Source: Oopsacas minuta
Taxonomy: Eukaryota; Animalia; Porifera
Assembly: GCA_024704765.1 (NCBI GenBank)
Contig: JAKMXF010000044.1
Location: forward strand, 868,001 to 932,000
Direction of reading: 5' to 3'
DNA: 64,000 bases
A program made the position numbers and the translations under genes. Positions within the stretch are counted from its first letter, which is position 1, and every line of letters starts with the position of its first letter. The notes under the pieces are model-generated. The model was not told the origin of the DNA. It ran no database searches and was given only the letters and a program-made list of their open reading frames with translations. Below, in pieces: positions 36,153 through 49,200 of the stretch.

Positions 36153-38487
36153 CACGTTTTTTTTTTTTATAAGGAACCCTAATTCAAACTTCAGGCTGAA
36201 GTTCCTTATTTTTTTTGCCAATTTCAGCCTCAAAGTTCCTTATCGGTTCCTTATTTTCTCGGCTCGAAATATTGCTTAGTAAGAAGGTACCTACGTATTC
36301 AATTACTTAATTAACTGATTATTAACATTTTAACATTGTAAAGTGTGTATTTAGCTTTTACATGTGTGCTAACAGACAGCCAACACTTGGCAGTTTTGGA
36401 TTTATAAAACGCGTTAGACACCGTGGGGTATGGAACGAAATCATTCTACCTGACATTTCAGAACAGCCCAAATTGGAATGTCCCCACTGTGATAACAAAT
36501 TCAAAAATCAACAAGGATTGACGGTACACCTAAAATGTAAACACGGTAACATTTCAGAAAGTACCAATGTCGAAATAAACAACGTCCCACTTACTAGTAG
36601 TATAGCTGAAATCGAACATGTTTCGAACGTTGATTCAGAAGAACTACAGCTAGGAGTATTTGAAGCGCAAGATATTTCAATTGAGCCACCTGCTAAAAGA
36701 TCCCGTGGTCAAGATAGTAGACGGCAGTATAATTCAGTGTTCAAAGCGAAAATTGTTTCAAATCTTGAAGCAGGAGTATCACCCAAGGTACTAGCTCAGA
36801 AACATGCTATCAGCAAATCAATGTTATCTATGTGGCGCTTGAACAAGGGAAAGATAATGTTGGCGGCTTCAAATGACCACAAGAAACTCTTGAAAATCAG
36901 ACCTTCGACAAAATACGCGGAATTATATAGGGATCTAAGGAAGGTTTTCCTAGAAGCTCGTAGTAAAGGACACCGAGTTGATTTCAACTGGATATGGTCA
37001 AAAGCTAGAATTCTATACAGGCAGAAAACGAACGATCCAAATGCCATCGTAAGGAAGCATGTAATCGTGAACTTTATCAAACGAAATGATTTAAGATTAC
37101 GCTCCCGCCAGAGAAATCGTAAGTTAAGCAAGGAGAACTTTCGTCTCCCGATGCAACAATGGCATGCTACTACCAGAGAGCGGTTGATAAGGACAGGATG
37201 TGCAGACTCTTATAACTCCAAATGGGGTAGGTATGCACCGGAGCAGCGATTTAATGTTGATCAATCTCCTTGTCCCTTTGTCATTAATACAAAGAAAACA
37301 TGAAATGTTAGAAAAGAAAAACCCAAACAATCGTGAACATAAAGTTTGGATATCCCAACCTGGAAGTGGCTTGGACAAACGTCAGTGCACTCTCCAAATC
37401 TGTTTTCGGCCAACTGGGAAGCAGCCTCGAGTTGCAATTATATTCAATGGAAAGGGAAAAAGGATAAGTGAGGATGAAAAAAATGCATGGCACCCAGATG
37501 TTGATGTGTATTTTCAAGAAAACGCATGGGCAGATACCGCATTTTCTGTCGAATGGGTAAAACGTACCCTCTCCCCCATAGTTCAACATAGTATTGATCG
37601 TTTTGTCTTATTTTGCGACAATTTATCAGCCCAGATATCTGACGAATTTAAGAAATCTGTTTCAGATTTAAATGGCGTTTGCTGGTATGGATTACCTAAT
37701 GCAACTGACATCTGGCAACCGGTAGATGCTGGATATGCTGAATTACTGAAAGTTTTCCTAAACCAAAAGCATCATGAGTGGCTTGACTGCGATGGCAATG
37801 CCACCAAGTGGTATGAAAGCACGCAAAGTTTTAGCAGGAAAGAGCGGCGGATTTTACTTACTCATTGGGTCGGTGAAGCATATAAAAAATTGATAAGTTC
37901 GCAATACGATTCATTCAGATTGCGGATATGGCAAAAGACTGGTTGTCTCATGACCGCTGATGGTACTGAGGATCACCTAGTGCAACCAGAAGGATTACCT
38001 GGCTACAATATTCCTCCTCCCTCTATGATTGACCCGGACACTGTGACTCCAGGCATGCAAAACCCAGAACCAAATGAAAATGTAGATATTCAATCCGAGA
38101 AAGAAAGTCTTCTAATTGATAATGATGATGAGCGTGAAGAATTTGAGGATAATATAGCTGATAGGATTTTTCACCATGAACTCGTTGGAAAACAAGTTAA
38201 AGGGTTATATGAAAATGGGTGGTTTATTGGAAAGATCCAATATTTTAACAGTAGGCTTGATGAGTTTAAAGTAGTATTTGAAGATGATTCAATTGATTAT
38301 ATATCAAAGGAAGATATAGACGATGTTGAAATATTCTTGATAAATTAATAAATGATACTATGATAGGTATATTATTTATGGGTTTTATAATCTCAGGCTG
38401 GGCAGTTCCTTAAGAGTTCCTTAATTTTTTGCCAATTCTCAGCCTGGAGTTCCTTATAAAGGTGTTCCTTATAAAAAAAACAACGTG
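36153..38487 (+). mobile_element. Full-length pogo-superfamily transposon (DD35D), one frameshift near 37300
   Basis: TA|CACGTTTTTTTTTTTTATAAGGAAC ... GTTCCTTATAAAAAAAACAACGTG|TA. The ORFs give a C2H2 finger, two HTHs, FNVDQSP, and LFCDNL-35aa-QPVD. Confidence 0.9.
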
Positions 38488-38489
38488 TA

Positions 38490-38561
38490 AGGCTTCGCGG
38501 GCCAAAAAAAGTAAGCTTGCGGGCCGTATCCGGCCCGCGGGCCAACAGTTTGAGACCGCTG
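38490..38561. mobile_element. Orphan hAT-type terminus
   Basis: GCGGGCCGTATCCGGCCCGCGGGCCAACAGTTTGAGACCGCTG is a typical Charlie-like end. The partner end was not found. Confidence 0.6.
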
Positions 38562-38909
38562 CCTTAATCTATCTTTTTTATCTCACTCTCCTCTCTCTCC
38601 TTTACTTTCCTCTTTTTTTCTTTCCCACTCGCTCCATACCCTTATTTCTGGCTACGTCCCAGAAAAGTAGTTTTTATCTATTTTTTAATGTATCTACTCA
38701 GTATATTTATATCATGTTCTAAACACTTCATTGAAGCTCCTTTACGAATTATTTGCTTTCTGTATTGTTCACTATTCAAAACAATATCAATTAATTGTTA
38801 TACACTAAAATCTATTGAAAAGACGTCTATTCACCAAGTATTTATTGTTATTAAATGCCCCTTATTTACCCCTAGAGTATTCTGATAGCATATTGGCATT
38901 ATAATCCTA

Positions 38910-40061
38910 GGTACAATTGCAGAATCTTACACCCCCCAACTTTTTTAATGTGGTCAAAAATCCCTATATGCACCGTTCAAGAACTCGTTGAGAGAAGTTG
39001 AGAGAAGTTGATATAGCTAAAGAACTCCAAGATCGGATTAAAATTGACAAAGTTACGAAAAATTTACTCCCTAAGCCAAATCCTATGGGGAAAATTGTAT
39101 TACTCACTATTGTCAAATTGTATTCATTTATACATTACAATTACCATAGGAATGCTCATACTGTTGATATTGCGGTTATACACGCTTGTTACTCTACTCT
39201 TTCATGCTCATTTGTTTGCTATACAGTGTATTTCACTGCAGGTAATTCTTGTTACTTTAAAGGAAAGCTGGTTATTACATAATTCTGTCTACAAACACTA
39301 AATATACAATGAAGCATTGCATTTAATATTATGCTTGCAACTAAATTGCATCCTGTATATGAAGTTGTTCAAACGTACCATCATACTTGCCAACATGAGT
39401 GAAGATAAAAAGCGAGACAGAAGGGACTAATTGAGCGGGACATCGTCGGATGCAGCATATTTGTAGACTGGACTACAAAATAGAGTGGCAATTAAGGGTT
39501 TTGTCAAGTTTTGGCTGGACACTAGCCTCATTGTCAGTCAACACATATTCGTGACGAGAAATCGTGGTGTCCCGACAACCAACGGAACAGTTGGCAAGTA
39601 TGGCGCGTTTGAACAACTTCATATACAGGATGCAATTTAGTTGCAAGCATAATATTAAATGCAATGCTTCATTGTATATTTAGTGTTTGTAGACAGAATT
39701 ATGTAATAACCAGCTTTCCTTTAAAGTAACAAGAATTACCTGCAGTGAAATACACTGAATAGCAAACAAATGAACATGAAAGAGTAGAGTAACAAGCGTG
39801 TATAACCGCAATATCAACAGTATGCGCATTCCTATGGTAATTGTAATGTATAAATGAATACAATTTGACAATAGTGAGTAATACAATTTTCCCCATAGGA
39901 TTTGGCTTAGGGAGTAAATTTTTCGTAACTTTGTCAATTTTAATCCGATTTTGGAGTTCTTTAGCTCTATCAACTTCTCTCAACGAGTTCTTGAACGGTG
40001 CATATAGGGATTTTTGACCACATTAAAAAAGTTGGGGGGTTTAAGATTCTGCAATTGTACC
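38910..40061. repeat. Foldback: ~480-bp near-identical inverted arms (38910-39394, 39590-40061) with a 195-bp spacer
   Basis: The ORF track shows mirrored proteins (38998+ vs 39983-, 39044+ vs 39973-). Outer ends GGTACAATTGCAGAATCTTA / TAAGATTCTGCAATTGTACC. Confidence 0.92.
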
Positions 40062-40744
40062 GAATATTTTGCTTGCAAGTAAATTGCATCCTATATATGA
40101 AGTAGTTCAAAACTCAAAATCGCAAAATTTTGATTCACTCTCCTCCCTGTGTTACTCATTTTCACCGTTTGCAAAATGAAAGGGACTTTCACACATCAAA
40201 AACCACCCCACTCCCCTTGTAATGTCAGGCATAGTTTGAACGACCTCAGTGGCACCGCGATAATTAGAACACTGTTAATAGAATACCTGGGTAAGGCGCA
40301 TATATTTGCATATATTCTGTTACCTAAAATGGTAGTTCAATTTGCATTACTCCGGCTAAGGCAAACCAATTTCGATCGTTCGTTTGTGTTCGTATCAAGG
40401 TTAGGATGTATGTTAGAGACAATTCGTGTATTATTTAATCGCATAGTTATTGATCCAGCTTCTCTCAAGGTGCATTAGTAGTGTTGGAACAAGCAATGTC
40501 AAACCATTTCAGTGAATTGATTATACAAAAGTGTACCAGCATCCACTTTATATAGCAAGAATACTGAATTAGATAATAACGATGAAATTTGTAAATTCTT
40601 TGCAATTCAATATAACGCGCTCCAGTGTGTGCGCGCTGCTCCACCTTCGCTCCTGAAACATAAATGGAGCGGGCTCCTTTAATGCTCTGGGTATAATACT
40701 ATTGGTAGTACATGGTTATATTTGGAGTAAATAATTAGTGTTAG

Positions 40745-41574
40745 CTCTTCCATATTTCTTCTGCCAACATACTTCAGATAAGTGAGTATCTAAAAGTATG
40801 GGGTTAGTAGTCATACAATTCCTCAGCCGTTTCTTCGCTCCACCCCATGTACTCTCAACTGTTTGTGTCTGTATACCTGTAGTAGGGTCAACAAAATTGA
40901 GGCTACGGTTGACGATGAGATGTTGAAAGCTTGCAGCAGGGATAGCATTAGACGAAGCCCATTCGTCAGAAAAGTATGGTACTGCTCGGAATAATATAAC
41001 TCTGGATGAGAGGGATTAATGTTGCAGCCGACCTGTCTTGAACAGCAATCATAAAGGTATCTTTTGTTTCTCTATCTATCCCTCCAAATACCCATTGACA
41101 TGATAGCATATGACCTCTTGAATACTTTCGATGTCCAAACTTTGATTCATCAATTTCTACAATATGCCCAGGCCCTCCAATTGGTTGAGGATTGACTAAA
41201 AATTCCTCAACACATAGGTCTCTGAGGAAGTTCTTCCAGTATGTTATAGTATGCTCTCCCCACCACAGATTCTTGCGTAAAAAGGCAGTAGTTTGCAGAT
41301 TATCGGCCCAGAAATAGAGGAATTCTACCAACTCAGTTAATGGTATATGAGCACCTTCAAAGAATGAACCAATCCTCATGAAAGCAAAATTTTTGCATGA
41401 CTTTTCAGGGCACCTCCATCCCTTTCCATCTGCAATACCTGCAAATGTTCCGGGTCTCATAATTCTACTGCATGTGCAAATCATCCCTTTAGCTAAAAGT
41501 CCGTTACTTTTGAGCCATGCTATCCAAGTATCTTCATCACGAGTGATATTTCGAAAAAGTTGTTTTAAGGTCAT
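40745..41574 (-). mobile_element. Merlin/ISXO2(IS1595)-family transposase, frameshifted
   Basis: Zn ribbon CTC...WRCPEKSC, VEIDESKFGHRKYSRG and WVFGG. The shifted frame gives SDEW...VNRSLNFVDPTTGIQTQTVESTW. Confidence 0.85.
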
Positions 41575-42106
41575 TCTTCTACTACAACGGGGAATATTGC
41601 AGGAACCAACAGAGGTTGAAACGATGGAGCAACTGCCATTAAGGATTCTGTTATAGAAAGATCCAACTCGAATAATTTAAATATGTTAGTTATAATTTCC
41701 TGATATTCCTTTTATACTTTACTTAGGATTAATCGAAATGCATTGTATGATCGTTTGGAATGTATTCTTTAATTATAGGTAAAAATTACATGTGGTTTGC
41801 ATGCCACTGTTCTAAACCATTTGTTGTTCAACTCAGTAACCAGACAACACAGCATTCCAATTATACTATATATTATATGTAATTGATACTGGTATAACTA
41901 TGAACACATCAAATAATCTATACAATAGATTTTACATTATAATCCACTTATTTTTACCACACTTTACATGTTTAATCTCAAGTAAATTTACTACATTTTT
42001 AGGTGATTGTTGGTTGTAAAAGAAAATAATGTAAATAATCCCATAATCCAATAAATGTCTCATTTGGATCGTTATATTGTATTCCATTAATCATTGTTGA
42101 CAACAA

Positions 42107-42442
42107 TCACTGGTAAATAGAATTTGATTTGGCCATATTAACTAATCCTTTCGATGAATATTCTTTCAGGTATTTTCTTGCCACTACATTATAAATATAT
42201 ACCCGCTTTGTCATTGGGACTGGCGTATGCTGATGTGTCTCATCACACTCACAGAGTGCTTCTGGTAGCTGTTTACATGTGCCCATTGTTACTCCGTCGA
42301 TGATAATTACTTCGGGGTTGTCTTTGCAAACGGAAGAAGAGAAACAAACTTTATAATCAATGTTTATAATACGTAAATACGCATTCCAAACATAATTATA
42401 ACGTGGTAATGATACTGAGTCCTCTCCCCATAAGTTGCATCT
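42107..42442 (-). mobile_element. KDZ (Kyakuja-Dileera-Zisupton)/CxC-associated transposase-like fragment (not in ORF track)
   Basis: A 111-codon open frame reads ...YVWNAYLRIINIDYKVCFSSSVCKDNPEVIIIDGVTMG..., resembling the W..(F/Y)L.L..ID....F.C..C...P..II.DG..LG motif; recognised by eye only. Confidence 0.5.
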
Positions 42443-42480
42443 TCATATTTCTAGCTCTAAATACAGATAAATAATAAGTA

Positions 42481-42813
42481 CAGTAGACTTCGATTAACCG
42501 AAACTTGATTATCTGACACCTCGGTTATATGAACAGCAGGAAGTATGTTTAGTTTAGGAAAATTTTAAAATTTTGGGTGCTTCTGACTACTCTAATAATA
42601 GTTTTTTTAAAGCTGTCGTGGTATTAGGCCTTATTGGCATGAATACACAGTAAAATATACTAAACTACAAAATCCAAATTTTCATATATCATCTCGCAGT
42701 GAATTTATGCATCAAAATACACTTTATCAGTTATTCGAACAATTCACTTATATAACCCAACACCATACTTGAAATCCAAAGACTAAGGTGTTCAGACAAT
42801 TGAGGGTGTACTG
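42481..42813. mobile_element. TA-flanked MITE
   Basis: TA|CAGTAGACTTCGATT ... TTGAGGGTGTACTG|TA; its 5' part resembles the element starting near 60617. Confidence 0.6.
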
Positions 42814-43240
42814 TACAATACGATAAGGCACAATTAGCAATTAAAATATATGAGATAAATCACTAGTACAAGAGCTATTATTACACTAATTCGAATAAAC
42901 TTGAATACCGATATACACTCCCAGTATGAATAATAATTATCACAGAGAACGATTAGAAATATAATATATAAATAAATACATAAAAGCTCATTAGTAAGAA
43001 TAGTCTAAAGAAGATTAATATAGTTAGTTCTAAGAGAATAAGGTGCAGAGAATCTTGAATGCTCTAAGCTAATGCAATGGAACAACCTCATACATAAACA
43101 GTGCAATATTTACAATCAATACTTCATAAATTATATTAACAGGTCAGAGAAAGGAATCTTTGAGTGGTAGAAAGTAGAACGTCAGAAAAGATTAATTTAC
43201 AATTGCATTGTATGTTGATAAGTGATGTTTTTGAAATATT

Positions 43241-46200
43241 TCAAAAGAAATGGCCCGCCCCAAAATGTGGAGACTGAGTGAAGGCAGTAAAGGCATTCAG
43301 AATCTTACAAATCTCCAAAACTTTAGATGTCTCTAATCTGATGTCTTGTGTTTTGTCTGAGAAATGGAGTTTAATATAATTCTGTCCAATAGCTTCGTAA
43401 TTATTAATGACATTATATGGGTATTCCACTATAGGACGTGATTCTCCTCGTTTGTATAGCTGTACTCCCTTTACATTCAATCCCAGCCACATATTACGAG
43501 GTAGTCTGTCGTCAATGTCTGTATACTGGATGTTGAAAAATGTAGATCCGAATCCTGGCCACTCGTTTAAGATATTCATATACTCCTCAAGTGCTACCTC
43601 CTCTGACATACCTCTCAGCTTACGCCAGAAGTCTGTCACCTGTCCCTTGACTGACTGCAGAGCCATCTCATTAGCAAGCATCTCGTCAATGTTTGTATCT
43701 TTAAGACGTTTCATCGTATCTTTCCCTAATCCCTTGAGAGTGTTCTTATTGAAGAGGGAGGCAGACTCCTTGTGCTCTCTAGAATCCTCCTTCACTTTAT
43801 GGAGAGGATATTCCTTGGTGATATCTTTGATAACAGTACCCGACTCAAAATCCCCTTGAGTAAACTGCAGATGCAGAGCAGCCAGCTTGATCAGACTCTT
43901 CTGTGAGGCAGAGAAGAATCCACTCACAACATTTTCATGAGCCTGCTCTACCATCAGTGCAAACTCTATCGTATTAAATGATACAGCACTGGGATTTATG
44001 GTACAGAGAATACGGAAGAAGAGGTGACATTGTCCAGCATCAAAATCGTACTCAATGAAACGCTCGTGTTTTGATAGGACATCAGCAATAATGGCTTTAT
44101 TCTCAATAAACCGACTAATGTCACGAGATATTTCAAACAATGCAAACTTGTTATTGTCCTGAGTAATACCCAAACCAATACAAAGTCTTTTAACAACCTC
44201 CCCAGCTGTTGTGTGGGAGTTTATCTGTATATCGCATGCTCCCCCGCTGTAGCAATTAACCTTAACCTTCATCGGTCTCCTACCCAAGAGTGCAGATATC
44301 TCATCTTTACTGGGAGGAAACTCTCTGGGCTTTACTCGATTCAATCCTTCTATAGCGAACTCTGCGAACTTCTGGATTTCTGTTTCTGGATTATTTTCTA
44401 TATTTCTTGTAAGGTGTATTCTAAACAGACGGAAGTATAGATAAATATAAATATTACTGGGACCTGTTAATACAGGAGCCAAAGGGTAATCGCCAATCGG
44501 CGTAGCCACAGTGCCCTCCTCCTATTGTAATAACTATCACTTTCGTCCTGCCTTTCTTTAGTTGTGTTTCTAATATATTTCAACCAAGTAGTGGGAATGA
44601 ATTGATTCTGATTACATTTTATATCTTACTGTGCTTTGTTAATTCCCAAATATTTAATTGCATTGTGGCATATATATTAACGCTAGGGAGTGTATACTAA
44701 ATGGTAATTGGGTATTGTTTCTTGATTGAATAAGATTGTTGCTGCCCCCTACCTAAATACGCCAGTGCTAAAAGTACTCGTCAATGCACCCATTAATAAT
44801 AGGATATTCATTATTACTCACCTGAGGTATTTGAGAATAGATCGGTCAGGTACAAAGCACCAACATAGACAACACAGGAACTGCCAGCATCTCAATACAG
44901 GAAGTGAATCTAAATTAATGCTACTAGTCTGTTTAATTAGCTGACAGAATATCTCACTCCTGAGATCTTCTACATCATAACAAGTATTGATAACACTCTG
45001 TGTTATAGGGATAGGATCAGATAGCAGCTCATGGTTAAGAAGAGTATTGAATACGTTAACAGCCTCTACGTGTAGAGTGTCGTACTCTCTAGCCTTAGTA
45101 GCAAGCAGAATAGGCTTTCCGTAAGGAAGAGCTAGTAGCGGGAACTTTAAGGGAGTGTTCTGGTGACTGAGTATTCGTGAGTAGATACGATAAACCTACA
45201 TAGAAATAGTTTCCATCCATTTTTATACAATTCCATTCGTATAAGACGTACGTGCATGTACACCCGGATAGGACGTACTAATTTTCGTTTTCCGAAAGGA
45301 TATACGTCCTACCCGAATTCTATTGTATACAAAGGAAAGAAATAGATCTACGTACCTCATCCAGTACATGCGGTCTCCTGGGTATTCGTGTCTGTACTAT
45401 AAAGTTAATTAGCTTCTCAGTAGGAGTCTCAATAACAGGCTTACTGAATATAACATTATTAATAGCATACACCCATTCTTGATAATCCTGTTCTGACACA
45501 CAGCCTAGCAGATAAGACTTCTTGCGAGTATTCAGCATGAATGTCCATCTGTCTATCTCTCTAGCAGTGAATTCATTAGGTAGAATTAGACTACATAGAC
45601 TATCCAGTCTTATCTGTCCCATTAACCAGCTGTCTTCAGATCTGTAGTAGCTCAGACCGTCACGTGTCAGGACGTAGAACCGTTTCTTACGAGTCAAAGT
45701 ATGGATGAGATTACCCTCTCCTTCTCTCTCCTTAATCAGATACCCCTTACGTAAGATCTCAAGCCCCTGTGTATTGATAGCCCGGTAAGATGGCTTGAGA
45801 ACACTTATCCACCTATTTTACAAAATACACCCATAAATACACAAACACGTACAGTATTAGTCAATAATAATATACAGCCAACTCTCGTTATATCGAACTC
45901 CACTTTATTAACTAGTGTGATCCCTTGAGTTTCGATATAACGGAATTGATTGTAATTTAACGTAGTATCAAACCTATGCATATCATCTTGCTTATCAGCT
46001 GATAGCACCATAACACGATGAGCCATTATAATAGCAAATGAGTTAGAACGATTGCTCTGTTTAGTAGCACTGACGTCATCAATAAGATCTAGATCAAGAG
46101 ATCCCATAGCGTTACGAGGATCAGCTTCTACACTGAGTTGTAGCCTCTCCAGCTGTTCATCACTCAGATATTTAACACGTCTCAATAGGTCCATCCATTC

Positions 46201-49200
46201 TCTCTTCTCCTCCTGTGTGTCCGCAGAGAACATATACGTCTTATCTACATTGGTTACTGAGAACAGGTTGTTACGAGTACCTTCATCAGATACTGTAGTA
46301 CAGCTACGTATATCTAGCGTGTTAAGAGGTTTGGTATCCTCCTCGTCTGACTCATAGTAGGATAGATGAGACCCCCGGAGTACGAAGAATTGTCTTTTCA
46401 TCTGAGTACGTTTCCCTAGAGTACCTGATTTTTTGTGGCTGCGCTTATTAATCCATCCCTGCTTGAGAGCGTCTTGTGTGTTCTTGAAATACATGAATGT
46501 CTGGTCACGGACTACACACCATCTCCGCTTCCAAGTGTTAACACGACCCCCTCTCAGGTATAAGAATCCCTCCATGGTCATGCTGTATAGCTCTGTTCCA
46601 GGGACACCGAGTGCTCGCTGGATTGAAGCAAACCTTTCTCTCTCCTCTATTTCATTCTCATTATCGAATGATGAAGTAGGACTAGCTGAGTAACTGTATA
46701 AGACAATAATAGTGAAATCTATATTCCCAATTAATTATTAAGAGATAGTTATAACTTACATATCTGAACGATTCTCCTCTTCCTTGAGACATGCATCAAG
46801 ATCTAGAATATGAGTGAGAGCTTCTTGCTCTACTCGCTGCATCTCCTCCTCAGTGAGAGAGGAGTTTACACTGAATTCAGAGTACCCGGGGGACTCTCCT
46901 CGTGTCCTCATCTCATCTGGACCCATCATACCGGGAGTGAGGTGAGCTACAGGAGGAGGAGGGAGCTCACTCAGTTCAGGTGGTGGGTTTGAATCTATCC
47001 TACTCTTCCTCTTGTCTTGTAGCTCATGGAATCTCACGATAGCTTCCTGAGTTGATCTCTCTTCTTCTAGTCGAGCCTATACATTGAAGTATAAAATACT
47101 TAATAAATGAGAAATTAAGGAATAATATAGTTATTGCTTACAAGTACTCTCCTGGCCTCTTCTTCTTCCAGCTGTTTCTTCAACAGCTGAGCTTCTCTCT
47201 TCTTATTCTCCATTTCCAGTCTCAATAACTCCTCCCTTCTTCTCCTCTCCTTCTCCTCCTCCTCTTTCCTCCTCTTCTCTTCTTCCTCTCTCTTCTGACG
47301 TAACAACCTCAAGTACTGCTTCCTGGCTAGAAACCCTCGAGTGAATTTCTGTATAGATACAGCTGCTCTGCGCATCTCTGTGAATCGACGCATAGCAATT
47401 TGTCGTCTAAAACAATGTATGAGCCTCTATAGTACAGTGGTGTTTGGCTATTACCAATATTCGGCTTATTCGCCAAATAGAAATATTATTCAGGGACTTA
47501 GAACCCATTTTGTATTGAAAATAATTCCTCTAATAGCAAGTTCGCCTATTAGCAAGGGAAATTCGTGCTAAATACGACTTCCTAATAGGCGAACTCCACA
47601 GTACAAATATCCCAGCATTATAATCTAACCTCATATGTTTCTGTAGTAATATAGCAGCTCTCCTGATGTTAAGAAACCTCCTCCTCAGTACAAACGTGTA
47701 GATATAAGAAGCAATAATATTGATATAAGCTCTGTAAGCTAGGTCCCTCTCTGCCTCTAGTTTGTTCTCCAGCTGTTCTTTCAGGAACACCTTAGAATTT
47801 CCTATTTGCCATAACTTGTTTTCAGGATCATACTCAGTCAACAGCTGGTTGATAATGCTGGAAGGATCTTCTATAGGAAGTTTGAGAGAAGAGCCTGTCA
47901 CTACTCTAGCCAGGATGTAGAACCTGTCAATAAACACCTGCTGGTCCCGTCTCACTGGATAGCCGGCCCTGCGAATCTTGACAGTCTCCATCATACCGGA
48001 ATATCTCAACTGATTTAAAACAGTTTTATGTTCAAACTTTTCAGGTAGCTTCTGTGTATTAGGCTTAATACAACGGACAAAGTATGGATGTGCTGCATTC
48101 AAACTAGTCATTAATGCTCGTAGAGAATCTTTGAATTGAGTTGTTACTGTTGTCTGTCTAATAGAACCAGCTCCTCTTGTTACCTATAGCAGATCACAAT
48201 GTTAATAAGAATCAGGCTTAATAGTTTTCAACATTTAAATAACTCAATTTCAATACAAATTCAGAGAATTTCAATTAGTTTACGTTGATAATATTACTAC
48301 TAATCATATCAAATCGTATTCTAGAGAAATATGATTCTTTCTTCATACATTCCTCGAATGGTAATAAAATTCTTTAAATTTTGAAAACATTTAATTAAAT
48401 AAAACTGTCAAATCATAGGTTTGTAGTGAATAAGACTACTGCAGGATAAGTAAATAAGAGTACACTCAGACCAGCATTTCCCAACCTTTTTCACTTATGT
48501 GTTTTAGATCCTGTGGACCACCAAGGAGTCAATTGACTCGGGTCTGGAACTGCTGGCCTACACATATACAGAGGAGCCGCGTTAATACGAATACCAAAGG
48601 ACGGTCAAAATTTGTTTGCCATATCCGGAGTTCGTATTAACCGCAGAAATACCTATTGAATAACTATGGTAGGACCAAATTTTGTGGAATTTTGTGTTCG
48701 TCTTATCGGAAATCCCTATTAACCGTGTTTGTATCAACGAGGGTCTACTGCACATAGATACACTCACTTGTTGTCTAAAGCTACGTTTCTTAGTTACACC
48801 GCCTCCCTGTCTGTGGTCTATTCCATAGTGAAGGAATCTCTCGTATATAAACTCAGAAGTACTGCTCTTCATCAGTTTGTGTAGATCTTCCCTGAACAGA
48901 TCTCTGTTCTTCTCTACCATACCCTGTATTTCATACACTACCTCGCCAGCATAATGCCTGATTCCAAATTGTAACATATTGAGTCTGGGTCTGACATAGA
49001 AAGCATTATGCTCGTTAGAAGAGTGTAGTTTCTCTGCTAGAGTACAGTCCTGTCCATTGGGTAGGTTACTCTCCTCGTTCATAAGAGATACTACACCCAG
49101 TCTCTGTTCTATCAAATCAAGACACTCACTGTTATCTTGCCATTCAATGTCTACCCATGGGATACCTTCCTTGCTGTACTCGTGCTGCTCCAGTGAGAAT

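Noticed and set aside
38998-39983. Two pairs of near-identical 85-97 aa ORFs on opposite strands
   Set aside because: They are by-products of the inverted repeat, with no recognisable domain.
40745-41574. IS1595-like transposase as evidence of bacterial contamination or HGT
   Set aside because: Merlin elements are established eukaryotic members of this family, and the flanks are continuous with intron-containing animal genes.
47140-47310. Strong CT/GA low-complexity tract
   Set aside because: It encodes the ER/K single alpha-helix of myosin-X.
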